The translations under genes and the position numbers were made by a program. A stretch of 63,441 nucleotides of DNA, counting the filler, from Conidiobolus incongruus B7586 (lineage: Eukaryota), in NCBI GenBank assembly GCA_000697335.1. It is 9 parts of 9 records of this genome, joined end to end, with 100 filler letters (N's around TTAATTAATTAA, not from the genome) between each part and the next. Parts side by side here need not be neighbours in the genome. Positions count along the whole stretch, not along the records: positions 38,409 to 44,180 come from JNEM01004164.1; positions 44,281 to 45,379 come from JNEM01004165.1; positions 45,480 to 54,551 come from JNEM01004166.1; 6 more parts are not named here. One strand, 5' to 3'. Under the pieces are notes generated by a model. That model was not told the origin of the DNA and ran no database searches. It worked only from the letters and a program-made list of their open reading frames with translations. Positions 41,455-54,551 of the stretch are shown piece by piece. The first letter of the stretch is position 1. Each line of letters begins with the position of its first letter.

Positions 41455-42612
41455 TTAATTATCATTAATTTGAAATAGTGTACTTGTATAGAGTGTTCGC
41501 TTATCATTATGCATGAAATCATAGCATACCACTTGACTGTTGGCTTTTAATTCCGTTTCGCGGTTTAGAGAGAGGAACAATATTTGAATGGGATGATCTG
41601 GAGGTCGTCGCCAATCGATATTAGCATGATCCGTCACTTTGCCTTTGCAGAGCCAGCCGTTAGGCAAGGGTGAAACTTGTGTGAGGTGAACGTGTACATA
41701 TTTGTAATAATATTTGTGAACTTCTTGATGAAGTTTGTGGACTTTAAAGACGTTTAAATTGGATCGGTATTTGTCCAGAATCTGGTCAAATTTTGCTTCC
41801 AGAGGGCCTACTCGCTTGGATTCCAGCTCTTTGGGTTGCTGTTGAAGAGGTGCTGCCTGTTTCGGCAGATGAAATTTGAGGCGTTTGGGATTTAATAAGT
41901 AGAGATCTTCGTGCACCAAATGGAATTCTTTCTTTTTAGACTGCTGCACTTTATGAGTTTGAGGTGATGTTAATTGATGGCTATTTTCAACATTTTTCTT
42001 GGGACTGGTTAATTCAGATCCGTCCGATTTCAACTTGACTTCTTTCTCAATCTCTTGTTCATTTTTAAATTTTACAGGGGATATATGCACTGATTTAGGA
42101 ATATTTAAATTGTTCTCACTTGCTTGTTTGAATTCATTCCAAATAAATTCGTAATTTTCATTATTGTGCTGAATATTGTTGCTATTGAATTTTGGATGCT
42201 TAGATTCCTGTTGATTCTGGGTATTACCGTTGATTTTAGTCGGTGAAATAGGTTGGTAAGAATTTGTAATGGGCCGCTTGCAAGGAACGGTGTTTAGAGA
42301 GTCGGTTATTGAATTACTTTCAGGCTTGGGTAAACCCTTCGAAGGTGAGAAATGCTTTGAGGAGAATTTACCAGGGGAGCTGAATCTCATTTGATTTCTA
42401 GTATTTGACGGAGAGTGGTTCAAATTAAAATTATATATAGTTTGCCTATTCACTGAAGAAGAGCTGCTCTGAGGAGTATTATTCAAAAATTCGTCATCAC
42501 TGTCAGTCTCAATAGGGTCACTCATTAGCAGAGTGTTCTGAAATTGGGGTTTTGAGGTTGTAGATGGAGGACTAGGAGAATCTTCAATATCATCACTAAG
42601 TTGACAATACAT
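41455..42612 (-). CDS. Hypothetical 385-aa protein: S/P/N-rich disordered N-terminus and a ~120-aa folded C-terminal domain (possibly SPIDR-like)
   Basis: Long ATG-initiated GC-enriched ORF with many SP/TP sites. The C-terminus has a helix GPLEAKFDQILDKYRSNLNVF followed by alternating beta-strand-like segments. Confidence 0.8.
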   Translation of the reverse strand: MYCQLSDDIEDSPSPPSTTSKPQFQNTLLMSDPIETDSDDEFLNNTPQSSSSSVNRQTIYNFNLNHSPSNTRNQMRFSSPGKFSSKHFSPSKGLPKPESNSITDSLNTVPCKRPITNSYQPISPTKINGNTQNQQESKHPKFNSNNIQHNNENYEFIWNEFKQASENNLNIPKSVHISPVKFKNEQEIEKEVKLKSDGSELTSPKKNVENSHQLTSPQTHKVQQSKKKEFHLVHEDLYLLNPKRLKFHLPKQAAPLQQQPKELESKRVGPLEAKFDQILDKYRSNLNVFKVHKLHQEVHKYYYKYVHVHLTQVSPLPNGWLCKGKVTDHANIDWRRPPDHPIQILFLSLNRETELKANSQVVCYDFMHNDKRTLYTSTLFQINDN

Positions 42613-43750
42613 ATTTATTTAAATTTTAAAAGCTTGAAACTAAATAAAAATTAACGTAAATAATTTTAAATTCTATTGAAAATAAGGTTTTATTGGGTTT
42701 ATATACTTGTTAATTGTTGACCCTTTTCACAATATAGCATTTAAATCAGAGTATTCAACCAATATTATGGGATTAAATTAATTAATAATCAATTATTTGA
42801 ATTAGTAATCTCAATTTCTATTTGTCAATTTCACCATTAAATTGAAAATCGCGTTTCGAATTTGCCAATTAAATTTGAGTTGAAAGGTGGACGATTTTAA
42901 TTGCACAATTTCAATTTCAATTTATAAACAAAAAAATGAATGATGAAAGAAAACTATATATAACTCTTGTCACAGATAACAATATTATTCTATATTTAGA
43001 AATAAATATAACCCTGAATATATGTTTTCTAATTTTCTTCTTGATTAGATAAAATATCAAAACCTAAAACGTATAATTTAAATTTCCGATTTCAAAAAAG
43101 AATAATTTTTCACTAAATTAAAAATTGAAATTAAATAATTGAATGGTGTTAATAATTTAATATACATTATCCTATTTTGGAAAAAAAATTCAACTTAACA
43201 ATCGGAAATCGATTAATGCCTTAAATTTTACTGAACAGTATTTTTTTTCAAGTTTATAAAATCTATATTTTAAAATATAAGGCTTAAGATCAAAATTGAA
43301 CTAATTGTACTTTCTAGATATTAGAGGCTGTATATTGAAAAAATTTTCTTGTACCATTTTATATATTGAATTCAGATTATAGTGAACAAAACGTTGAATC
43401 AAATTCAAAGTAATAAATAAATATTCTTTAAATATCAATTAAGTTACTTTTCTATTTAATTTTCTCTAATATTAATTTGGTTTTCCTATTTTAATTTGTT
43501 ATCTAATAGATTACTATTATTTGTTAAGTTAAATAATGCTTAAACTTTAAGATATTTGATATAAATTTTTATAAGGTACTTTACAAAAAATGGGAATAGT
43601 GTTTAGAAATTTAAATAATTATATATAATATTACCTTAAATTTAAAATAATGGGAAATTTTTTAATTTCTGATTTTTCAAATATATTATTAATTTTAAAT
43701 AAACAAATATATACAAAATAAATAGGAAATAATATATCTTTAAATTATAG

Positions 43751-43770
43751 TATATATATATATATATATA
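43751..43770. repeat. (TA)10 microsatellite
   Basis: Read directly from the sequence. Confidence 0.9.
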
Positions 43771-44180
43771 CTATAATTTTCTTGATTAAAAAATTAATTT
43801 TTTAAAATTAGTTGTTTAATATAATTATATTTAAATCAAATAATAATCACAAAAAGTTTATTATTTTAATATTAATAAAACTTTACTATAAATTTTTTAA
43901 AATTATTTAAAATTTACAGATAACTTTTAATAATAAAGGATTATTTAAATCAATTATATATTACTAGGTAAACTATTTTAAAGCTAAAAAAATTATTTAA
44001 AACTTATAAAAATTTAAAATACTCTCTTTAATTATTATTTTTTTAATTATTAATAAAATAAAAAAATATATCAAAAAATACTTTTTTAGTTGAAATTTAT
44101 TTAAACATATTAATATTAATTTTATAAGTATTTTATATATATTAAAATTTAAACTCAACTTATTAAATAAAAATATAAAA

Positions 44181-44280
44181 NNNNNNNNNNNNNNNNNNNN
44201 NNNNNNNNNNNNNNNNNNNNNNNNTTAATTAATTAANNNNNNNNNNNNNNNNNNNNNNNNNNNNNNNNNNNNNNNNNNNN
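44181..44280. other. Artificial contig linker
   Basis: 44 N + TTAATTAATTAA + 44 N. Confidence 0.98.
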
Positions 44281-45379
44281 TAAAATTTAAAATATAAATT
44301 TTTTTATCAATATCTTAAATATTATAATTTAAATAATCTTATATTAAACTATATAATTAATATATATTTTTTATTTATAATATAATATATAAAATCAAAT
44401 TTAATCAATTATTAATTATTATATTAAAACTAAAAGTATACTTAAAATAAATTATAAATTTACAGGTTTTAATATTAATAGAAAAATTAATATCTAGTAT
44501 ATTTATCTTTTATTTTTCTAATTTCTTTAAGTTTTTAAGATATAAAGTTAAATAACTTTTTATATCAAAATAGATTAATATTGTTTTAAGTTTCTTAAAT
44601 ATATTATTATAGTTAATTTAAATTTTTTACTAGGGGGAAAGTTTTAATTGTTTTTTTTAATTAATCCTAAAGATATTTAATTAGGTTAAGATTAAAAAAT
44701 TAAGGAGGCTATTTTATAATAGTTATTTTGTTATTTTTAATCTATTTGATAATAAAATTTATAATATAACAAAGGGTATTATTTTGTTGGAAAATAATAT
44801 TTAATTTATTTAACTTATATCACTTATTAATTTTTTTCAATTTATTATTTAGAATGCTTTAATATATCTCAATATTAATTCCTTTATTAACTTTATAAAG
44901 ATATCTTATATCTGAAGATAATATATATCCTTAAATTATAATTAACCTACCATTGTATTTTTGGGTTATAATAATATAATGGCTATAAAGTAATTCTTTA
45001 TCTTTTTTGAAATATCTAGTTTTTTTATAAGATTTATTAAAATATATCTTTGTTTTATTAGATTAAATAACTTTACTCTAGTTAATTTTAATTTAACTTT
45101 AGTTTTAGTATTTAAACTCCTATTTAACTTTATAATGGGACTTTCTTAGTTAAGGGAGTTTTTTCTTAAAGTGTAAATAGTATTTATTTTAATATAAAAC
45201 ATATATAATAATATTAGTACTAATTAATATATTTATATAGTCTTGTAATTATTTTTGTATTTTTATAATAATATTATATTAACTTATATTAATAAATCTA
45301 TAAATATACTTTTTATTATATTTATCTATAATTTTAATACACTTAAGTTTTAATTTAGGTGTTTTTTTAATATTATTTT

Positions 45380-45479
45380 NNNNNNNNNNNNNNNNNNNNN
45401 NNNNNNNNNNNNNNNNNNNNNNNTTAATTAATTAANNNNNNNNNNNNNNNNNNNNNNNNNNNNNNNNNNNNNNNNNNNN
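45380..45479. other. Artificial contig linker
   Basis: 44 N + TTAATTAATTAA + 44 N. Confidence 0.98.
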
Positions 45480-46688
45480 AATAATATATTTATTAATTCA
45501 ATTCAATATAAACTTATTATTATAATTATTTAATAGTTTTTATTAATTAAATAATAATCTTTTGTTATAATTAATTTAAGAATGATTATTAATTATTATT
45601 CAAAATTAACTATTAGTAAAATTAAATATTTTGATATTAATTCATCAAAGTATATAAAATCTAATTAAATCAAAATATTCAACAATATTGATATATAATT
45701 AATAAGATAAGTGAGACATAGGTTGTATTGATATAATCATATATTGAATAAAATATAGCTCAACCTATATTATTAAATAAAAAAATAAAAACTTAGCATC
45801 CTATAAAATAAATATGTTTGAAAAAATATTTATGTATTTTATAACAAAGATATTAATACTATTAAATTAAAACACCAATCATGAAATTAATTCATATGAG
45901 ATTATATAATACAAGGAAATTAATACATTATATATCATAGTAACTGCATTGTTGATTAAAAAAGTTGAATATCACACTATAAAACTATATTAAGTAAAAC
46001 TGAGATCAATGGCAATATTCAAAACTTGCAATAGTCTCAAATGAATGTAGTCGAAAATAAGCATAATTAATATTATATCAAAAGTTATTATATAATATTA
46101 AGGCTATCAACACAATATAAATATAGATAGAAAAAATATAAAATAAATAAATAATTTTTGAGAAAGTAAAATACAAAGAAATTAAATATTTCGAAAACTT
46201 CAATGAATACAAATAATATAAACTCTAAGATGTTAACATGATGTGGATATAAATATAGGAGTTCAAATATTAAAATAACAATATATTTTATATTACGATT
46301 TTAAAAAATAATTATATAATTTTCAGGAAAAAAAAAAGAATGAAAGATAACTATAAAAATTGATTATCTAATGAAGATTTAAAAAATATATATTTCAATT
46401 AGATGATATAACACAAATTTAATATTTGAGATGGGAAAAGAGCAAAGAATACTGTGATGGCTATCTAACAAATTGTGAAGTGACTGAGAAAGAAACAAGA
46501 TTGAAAAACAATGAAATTATGACAAAATATAAAATTAGGATTGAATAAGATGTATAATATTATTTGGATTAAAAGGATGATGTAGAAATAAGATTAAATG
46601 GATTGAGACTAAATAAAAAGTCATAAGTGAAAATCTTACCAATAAAAATTTTAAAGTAAAGAATGAGAAGTTATATTAAAGTAATAGC

Positions 46689-47189
46689 TTAATGGGAATC
46701 ACAAATATTTCCAGCGTCTGCTTTAGTGTTGAGGATAAGTCCAACGATGAGACCATATAAACCTAAAACTTCAGCAAAAATAAGAATAAGAACCATACCT
46801 ACAAAGAGACGAGGTTGCTGAGCAATAGCACGAACACCTGAATCACCAACAATACCGATAGCAAAGCCAGCTCCTAAACCAGAAAGACCAACGGATAAAC
46901 CAGCAGCAAGTTGGATGAAACCAGTGTATAATGACATTTGGGGGCGGAGATTAGAACTGACTAGGACGGAGACTACAAGACCGTAAATAGCGATAATACC
47001 AGCCATAATTACTGGTAAAATGGCACGTAATACCATATCAGGACGGAGAACACCCATGGCAGCCAAACCAACACCAGATTTGGCAGTACCGTAGGCAGCA
47101 CCGAAACAACTGAAGATGATAGCAGCGGCACATCCCATAGTACCGAAGAAAGGAGCATATACGGGGCAATAAGGTGAAATTGAAGACAT
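46689..47189 (-). CDS. VMA3: V-type ATPase 16-kDa proteolipid subunit c, intronless, 166 aa
   Basis: [65 protein letters not shown], with the proton-carrying Glu intact. Confidence 0.97.
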   Translation of the reverse strand: MSSISPYCPVYAPFFGTMGCAAAIIFSCFGAAYGTAKSGVGLAAMGVLRPDMVLRAILPVIMAGIIAIYGLVVSVLVSSNLRPQMSLYTGFIQLAAGLSVGLSGLGAGFAIGIVGDSGVRAIAQQPRLFVGMVLILIFAEVLGLYGLIVGLILNTKADAGNICDSH

Positions 47190-50020
47190 AACGATTATGT
47201 TTATTCAAGCAATAGAATTATGAATATAAAAGTAGTCAATTGAATTTGGGGATTACGAAACTTAAATCATTAATGAATACCCAAATTAAAATCGCAGAAT
47301 GCACATTGGCTTTTTTCTCTTTATGGGACATGATTAACAATTAATTTTTATAATATTTAATATGATTTCATTTGAATACATAATTATATATTAAAATATC
47401 AGTTATATTCGTTTAATCATAAATATTATATTGTTCACTATTTTATATTATAATTATAACCAAAAACATTATATCGTTTTTTATTTATTTTTGCTAACGC
47501 CGTGTTGTCAATCTAATTATAGTGATTATATGATAAATACAGCAATTAATTTAATATTAAGGTTAGATTAAATTTAGAGGATTCAAGCAATTATCAATAT
47601 TACAAAAATCTTTTAGCAATACTCTGATCGATCAAATTGATTACAACTTTAATATATATTTAGATTCTTAAAATTCAATTTTCGCCTATTTATCAATGTT
47701 GAATTTTACACAAAGAGGTCTACTTTATAAAACAATATTCTATATTTTTTGACCAAGAAATATATTGACCATATCAAGTTATCTTGAATATAATAAAAGA
47801 GATATAGCAGTATTAAAATATTGATATTATTTTAAAGCAATTGATCCCAACACATATCATTTTGTTTTTATTTCTAGAATCAGTTATATTATGATGTAGA
47901 ATGTTTTTAACTAACAAAGTTATGAAATTATGATTTTCGACTGATTAATTCAAAAAATAAATAATAATATATTAATTATATATGCCATTGGAAAATATAT
48001 TAATCATAAATACATAATTATGATCATTTTCAAACTATTATGTTGCTTTTTCCCAAGCTTGAATTTTCATTAAACATTTTGAATAACGAAATATTAATAC
48101 AAAAACATATTGTAGAAGATTGTTCCAAAACTGTCAAAATCAAATATATATTTTTAATAGTAATATTCTGAATAAAATTTTAATGGTAAGTGCTCTTTTT
48201 TATTTTTACTAATTAAAGTCTTGAAATACTATATATACATAATTTAAGTTCAAGCACACAATAAATTCATAACTCCATTCAATTCTCATTTTAATATTTC
48301 AGAAATATTTGATAATATTTTTAATATCAATTCTACCAATTATATATAACTTAGTTATAATTAAATTTTTTCATTAATTTCTTATTAATGAATTATAAAT
48401 AAAAACCAATTCAAAGTTTATTTAATTAAGAAAAAATTCATAAATATATATTAAAGGAATAACATTAATAAATACCTTGATATAAAGGATGATTAAAAAA
48501 TTTTAATAATATTTCTTCTCTTATCTTTATAATACAGCTATTATATATTTCAAATATTTTTTCAAGATCATAATTTAGAAAACTTTTACTTTGGTATTAT
48601 AGATGATTTTTAAGATTTTAAAAAATAATCACGTATATAGAAATTATAGCCAAAATATTTAATTATCAATTGGAGTTATATAACTTTATTTATTTATATT
48701 AATAAATACATTATTATGACTTAATAATATTCTTCATTAATATAATAATTATGAAATTAATTTAATATCATATTGAGAAAATTTATATTTATTTTTTTAT
48801 GATTAATATTAAAAAATATTCTACAAATTTTTATTAATTAAATTATATATAATATAAATTAAATAATTTTTTCATCAATAATCAAGCCCCAAAATCAAAT
48901 TATAAGATATACATATATTCAAATAATTAATATTAATAAGATATTAATATATTAAAGTTTATTCAAGCTTTTATAGTAGTAGTTATAATTGAATTAAAAA
49001 GAAAAATCAATATATTATCAATAAATATAATACCAAATCCTTAAGATATATTTAAATTAATTTGAAATCACTTTATCAAAAGTAGTTATTAATTAATAAC
49101 TTGATAATATATATTGAAATACTATTAATATGATGAGTAAATTCACTACCAATATAATTAATTATTTTATATTAATAATATTTATAACTTAATATAAAAT
49201 TTCAAATTTATATCAAAATAATAAACCAAATTTGATAATTTATTATATTAACTTTATAATAAATTAAAGTTTTATAAGTAAAAATATATTAAAAATATTT
49301 TTTATTATTTTTTAAGTAATATTTCCTTAATTAATCATATTATATTAATTAATCCTATTATTTGGCTTAATAGATAAAATATTAGATACTAAAGCTATAA
49401 TAATATAATATTGTATATATTATATAAATTATTGTATATAATATAATAAAAGCTATCAACTTTTAAGAAATTTAATATTACTTAATAAAATATTGTTATA
49501 TATAATTTAAAATATAATATAGTATAAGGTATATATATTTAAAGTCAATTTTGTGTAATTATAATTAAATAACCTTATTATAATATTAATCAAGTTTAAA
49601 TTTAGTAAAATATGGTAGAGGGCTTAAATTAGGAAATATATAATTAATTTAATATATCAGTAAGTCCTTTTAAGATTAGAAATATATTGGTTAATATATT
49701 TATATTAGATGATATTAATTTATGTTTTAATATTAATAAAAATAACCTTAAATCTCAAAATAAAAATAATAATGATTAACATAATCATAGAAGAATAATA
49801 AGATATTGAGAGGATCCATGTTTATTAGCTAAATTAATGCTATCTATATGATTAAATTAACACTAAAAGTATATATTACTTAGGAAATTAAAAGTTAGAA
49901 TAAGAATAATATTATGTATAAGAATTTGGATAACTAGCCTTTTAATATTTACTAATCATACTTATAATTAAATATATATACAAATTTGATATTAAAAATC
50001 AAAATTGTATATTTTAATGT

Positions 50021-50040
50021 ATATATATATATATATATAT
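50021..50040. repeat. (AT)10 microsatellite
   Basis: Read directly from the sequence. Confidence 0.9.
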
Positions 50041-51116
50041 TGTAATTATTTACAAAGTTAAAATATTCAAAATTATAGTCTTCAATTTTCATAATTATCT
50101 TTAATATTGGTTCACTATAGAATTATTCTAAGTAGTTACAATGAAAAAAGCATATTTTGTAGACTTTCAAATAAGAATATAAAAACTAGTGCTAATTTAC
50201 GACACTCATCATACTCTGAATATGAATCATTTTCACTTCAAGGGTTTCTTATTAAAGGCTTTTATGATAGAATGAAATTTAAAATATCATTGATATCCAT
50301 TCAGCATTTAACTAGACAAAAAAGTTGCTTAACTAACAAAGAATGTTTAATTAGTTTAGATACTTTGCAAAAATTTGGAAATAAATAATATTCGATCAAA
50401 TGAATAATTAATTTTAAAATAATATTTTCTACTGATTTTGACCAGATACACTTTAAAATTAAAATTTGAATTTTTTATAATACATCCAAAATCTAATAAA
50501 AAAATTATTAATGATAACTCTTTGGCGCAACTTCCTACCATTTAAACATACAAATATAAATGCTTATACATGATAGCTATGATCGAGCTTTCATATAATG
50601 TATAATAAATAATTATTATTATTTTAGATCATATATTAGATTTGAAATTCAATGTAAATTAAGATTCTATTGTCACTCATTAAAAACAACTTTATCGATT
50701 AATATAATTTCACTTAAATTGGGTTATTCCAAAAGTATATATGTTAAACAAAATGTAGATCTGGGTAATAATCAGATCCACTTTCAATTTACCATTTTAT
50801 ATTGCTATTAATCTGATTTGGTTTGGTATATCAAGTTTATCAACTTTCGAATGACGCTAATAACAAAAATTTTAATCAAAAGCTTATGTTATCAATTTGA
50901 ACTTTCAAATCCATCAATAATGAATATATCAGACTTTTTTGATAGTTTTCATTACCAATTAAAAATAATTTTTTAAAAATTATTCATTCCAGTATTGATC
51001 ATACAGCATTAGGGTGGCGTTGAGTGATTTTCTTTTATTTGATTGAAAATGGCATTTTTATAAAATAAATTCATTTTGTTCAAATAATTTGATCCAAGTC
51101 ACTTGCTAGTTAATAT

Positions 51117-51447
51117 TGATACTGGATGGGAAGTCAGGTGTGGAACAACTTTTAAGTAAATAGTCGTCTTCTGGGATGGCGCCTGTTAGATGATATAAAG
51201 AGGTAATTTATTGTTTAACCTGGATTGTAGGGCAGTGCATTAAGAAGAGGATCGACGTGACAACTTAGTTGTAATCAGTATATTTATATATGTTTGACGT
51301 GTCTGCCCAACCTACGAGCAGCAAATGGGGTGAAGCGATTGAACCGCAGTTCGTGTGTATTTGTTAGTCAGGTTGTAGATGAATCTGTGACGGGGTTCTC
51401 GAATGATCCGATCTTTTAGGTTCGAACGGGTCTGCAGGCCTGTGACA
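51117..51447 (-). mobile_element. Solo LTR (331 bp), relatively young
   Basis: Sharply bounded GC-enriched non-coding island with TG...CA termini (minus strand TGTCACAGG...CCAGTATCA). Flanked by ATAT on both sides (51113-51116 and 51448-51451). The minus strand has TATATAAATA followed by AATAAA. Confidence 0.75.
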
Positions 51448-52257
51448 ATATATATAATTTATTGTTGGGAAGAAAGTAAATAAAAAGATATAAAAATCAG
51501 TATTGAAGTAAAAACGATCATGACTTGTATATTATTGATTTTTTTATTATAATCATTCTACAAATCATTACAACTAAATAATGAAAGGAATAAACTCATA
51601 ACAACATACCCTAACATTTATTATTAAATTGATAAGTTCATTGTATAAAAGGAATAATACATATCTTATTATTGATAATTGGAAATTAGAATATTCAAAT
51701 ATTCGTAATGTTCTTTTACTAATAAGTGGTACAAGCACTTTATGTTAAGCAAAGTATCCTAAGTTATGTAAGTTATATTTTTATTAAAATCTATAATACC
51801 TGTATTTTGCACCAGAATATAGTAATTTTAAGAAAAAGGAATCAATAATTTCCAAATATCAGTCTGAAGGATAAAATATAAAATATGATTGTATAAATAT
51901 CAATAAATATTATGTAAATTGAAAGAATTTAAAGTACTAGAAACATAATAATGCCAATATAATTAAGTGCCAATTCCAAAAACATTTGGAAATTCTCATA
52001 AATATATTCAGACCAAATTAATTGAAAACAAATAATCAATTGTTATAGTACATTCAAGGCAGTAATAATACAGTTGATTTAATTATTATATTTAATGAAA
52101 TATGTTGGGTGTTTTGAAATACCAAAAGTCTAGAATTCTATATCATCTTTAAAATCATTTATTCTCAAAGCATCATCAAATATGAATTTTAATTCAAGTA
52201 TAATTTGTGATAATTTAAACCTATTTTAAACTTTGGATTTTTATTGAAATCGACTAG

Positions 52258-52534
52258 TGTTATATCTCTACCCAATTAGTCTATATATATATTTACCTCT
52301 TATCCTACTTACCTTTAAATTGATCTATTCTTATCCCAATATAAAGGAGACAACAAAGAAAACCATCCACCTATTCATTGATCTATCTATCAATCATCTA
52401 AAGGAAATTGACTCCAAGTCTATATCAAAATCTTCCAATAAAGCTCTATATAATTATATCCTAATCCTATAACTTATCAACACTCCAATTTAATTCAATA
52501 CAATTACCCTAGTTTCCAGCACTAGGATAATACA
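52258..52534 (+). mobile_element. Solo LTR (277 bp) with perfect 5-bp target-site duplication
   Basis: ACTAG|TGTTAT...ATAATACA|ACTAG (TSD at 52253-52257 and 52535-52539); internal TATAAAGG then AATAAA; C-skewed composition. Confidence 0.85.
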
Positions 52535-53240
52535 ACTAGTATATTACAATCACACTTAAATATTTAGGACATATTAGGTAAAAAACAAAAAGGTGATCCA
52601 AATATATAATCTGCAAATAATTATCAGATAACCAATTTATTATTTCAATTCCAGTATAAAAAGCAATATTGTTATCAAATACAATACACAATTGATATAT
52701 AATACAGATAAATTACCACTTGTCATTAATTGAAATAATATATCAATCAAACATTATAGCTGACATGTCTTAGTTAAATAGGTTTGAGAAGCTTGAAAAT
52801 AGAGTGAACACTATCAATAGCTTAGAATGGTAAAATTTACCTATTCAAATATTGAAATTTTTAGGTTTTACATTTATTTGAGTATTATTTTCAATTTCAA
52901 ATTCAAAACTGCTATATGATTTTAATTAGATGAAATAAATCAAGAAATATATTTAAATATAATATAAATCAAACAATTATTATTATTAGTTTGATCATAA
53001 AATTTTATTAATTACACAGTTAAAATTAAATTCAGAAAACGTTGACTGAACTAATTCTGTTCTTTATATAAAGTTATTGCAATTATATAATTTAACATAT
53101 TTTCGTCTTGAAGATAGTATAATTGGAAAGAAAATAATCCCATAATTACGAATTTTGGAATATTAAGAGATAGAAATCAACTAGATAAGATAATCATTTA
53201 ATAAGATTAAACTATTGATTGAAATACTAATAATATAAAA

Positions 53241-53497
53241 ATGGCATCAGGAGCTTTAGGACCAGCTAGCAAAGTTCACTATTATTTAGCTAAAGGAATG
53301 GGTGCTACTATGTGGTTTTGGATCTTCTACAGAATGAAGCAGGACGGTCCCGTTTTATTTGTAAGTAACATAATTGATTTTTAATTCTAATAATATCGAG
53401 TATTCATTATTTTTTTTTCTAGGGTTTGCGCCATCCTTGGGATGGTCATCACGGTCATGGTCACCACGAATCTGGAAATCACCAAGCTCATCACTAA
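53241..53497 (+). CDS. NDUFB2: Mitochondrial complex I accessory subunit NDUFB2/AGGG-like, 2 exons (53241-53360, 53423-53497), 64 aa
   Basis: MASGALGPASKVHYYLAKGMGATMWFWIFYRMKQDGPVLF / GLRHPWDGHHGHGHHESGNHQAHH*; intron GTAAGT...TTCTAG (62 nt). The MWFWI.YR.K.DG...G..HPW motif is characteristic of the fungal/plant AGGG subunit. Confidence 0.9.
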
Positions 53498-54551
53498 TTG
53501 ATCTTCTAAGTATAATCAATTTTCTCTTAAAAAATGAACAATTAAATTTATGTCCTTTATTAAATTTATTTTTTCATTTTTCCAATCCTAGTACGTTCGA
53601 TTAACCTAAATTTAAAGCAACAAAAATAATTTATATATATTCTTTATATCAAATCCTTATTACACCAGCATCAATTAGATTAAGTAATTTTTTTTCACAT
53701 ATTTGTACATTCAGCTTTCATTAATAATATAAAAATATTGTTATTAGTTTTATATTATTTCCTAATAAGCTATATTTAAATTCAATTTTATGCAGAGTTC
53801 ATTTTCTTATAATATAATTCTCTTTAAAAAACAAACTTGGTAAAACATTTTTGGTATTATAATCAATATTAGCTTTCTTTCATTAATTTTTTTCAAAAAT
53901 TATATAAATATATTATTTTAAATACTATTTCGATTATTATTTAACCAAATATTTAAATCTGATATGTTTCTACCAAACTTTAACACAATACTTTTCACCT
54001 TATTTTTTAATTATAAAATATTTATAATCAAACCGTTATTCTTCATAATCATTTTATAATCAATTACTACTATTAATAGCTTTAATCAATTAGAATTTTA
54101 AGAAAATTACCAAATATTCTAGTATTATTCAATATCAATTTATCCAATTATATATTAGCCAAAAAAATTTATATCTTTGATTTTGTGAAAATATTTTAAT
54201 CATTAAATAATACTTTTGTTCAAATTGACTACACATTATATATTCTGTCTTAATCAAGAAATATATACTATTTCAATATTTACTTTGTATAATTATATAT
54301 TTTGAATATATTTATTAATGATAACTAATATATTAGATACTTTTCATTCTTATTATTTATAAATTTAATATTTTGTTTTAAAATATTAAAATAAATTTCA
54401 AATTTATATTCTATTAAATTGGATCATTAATTTAAATTATATTATTATCAAATAAATATATTATATTTTTATATAAAACTAAAAAAAAATTATTTATTTT
54501 AATAATTAAATATAATAATAATTAATTAATTATTATTTTTATTAAATAATA

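Noticed and set aside
44281..45379. Decayed retrotransposon pol in the short AT-rich contig
   Set aside because: It looks like an eroded repeat, but no convincing peptide motif could be recovered.
51117..51447. RNase P/MRP RNA or tRNA (GGGAAGTCAGGTG and GGTTCGAA motifs)
   Set aside because: No matching P4 partner strand or cloverleaf could be built. TG..CA ends, duplicated flanks and TATA/AATAAA fit an LTR better.
52257..52472. 71-aa track ORF
   Set aside because: GTG start lying within the solo LTR; not a gene.
53374..53604. 76-aa track ORF
   Set aside because: Wrong-frame read through the intron and exon 2 of NDUFB2.
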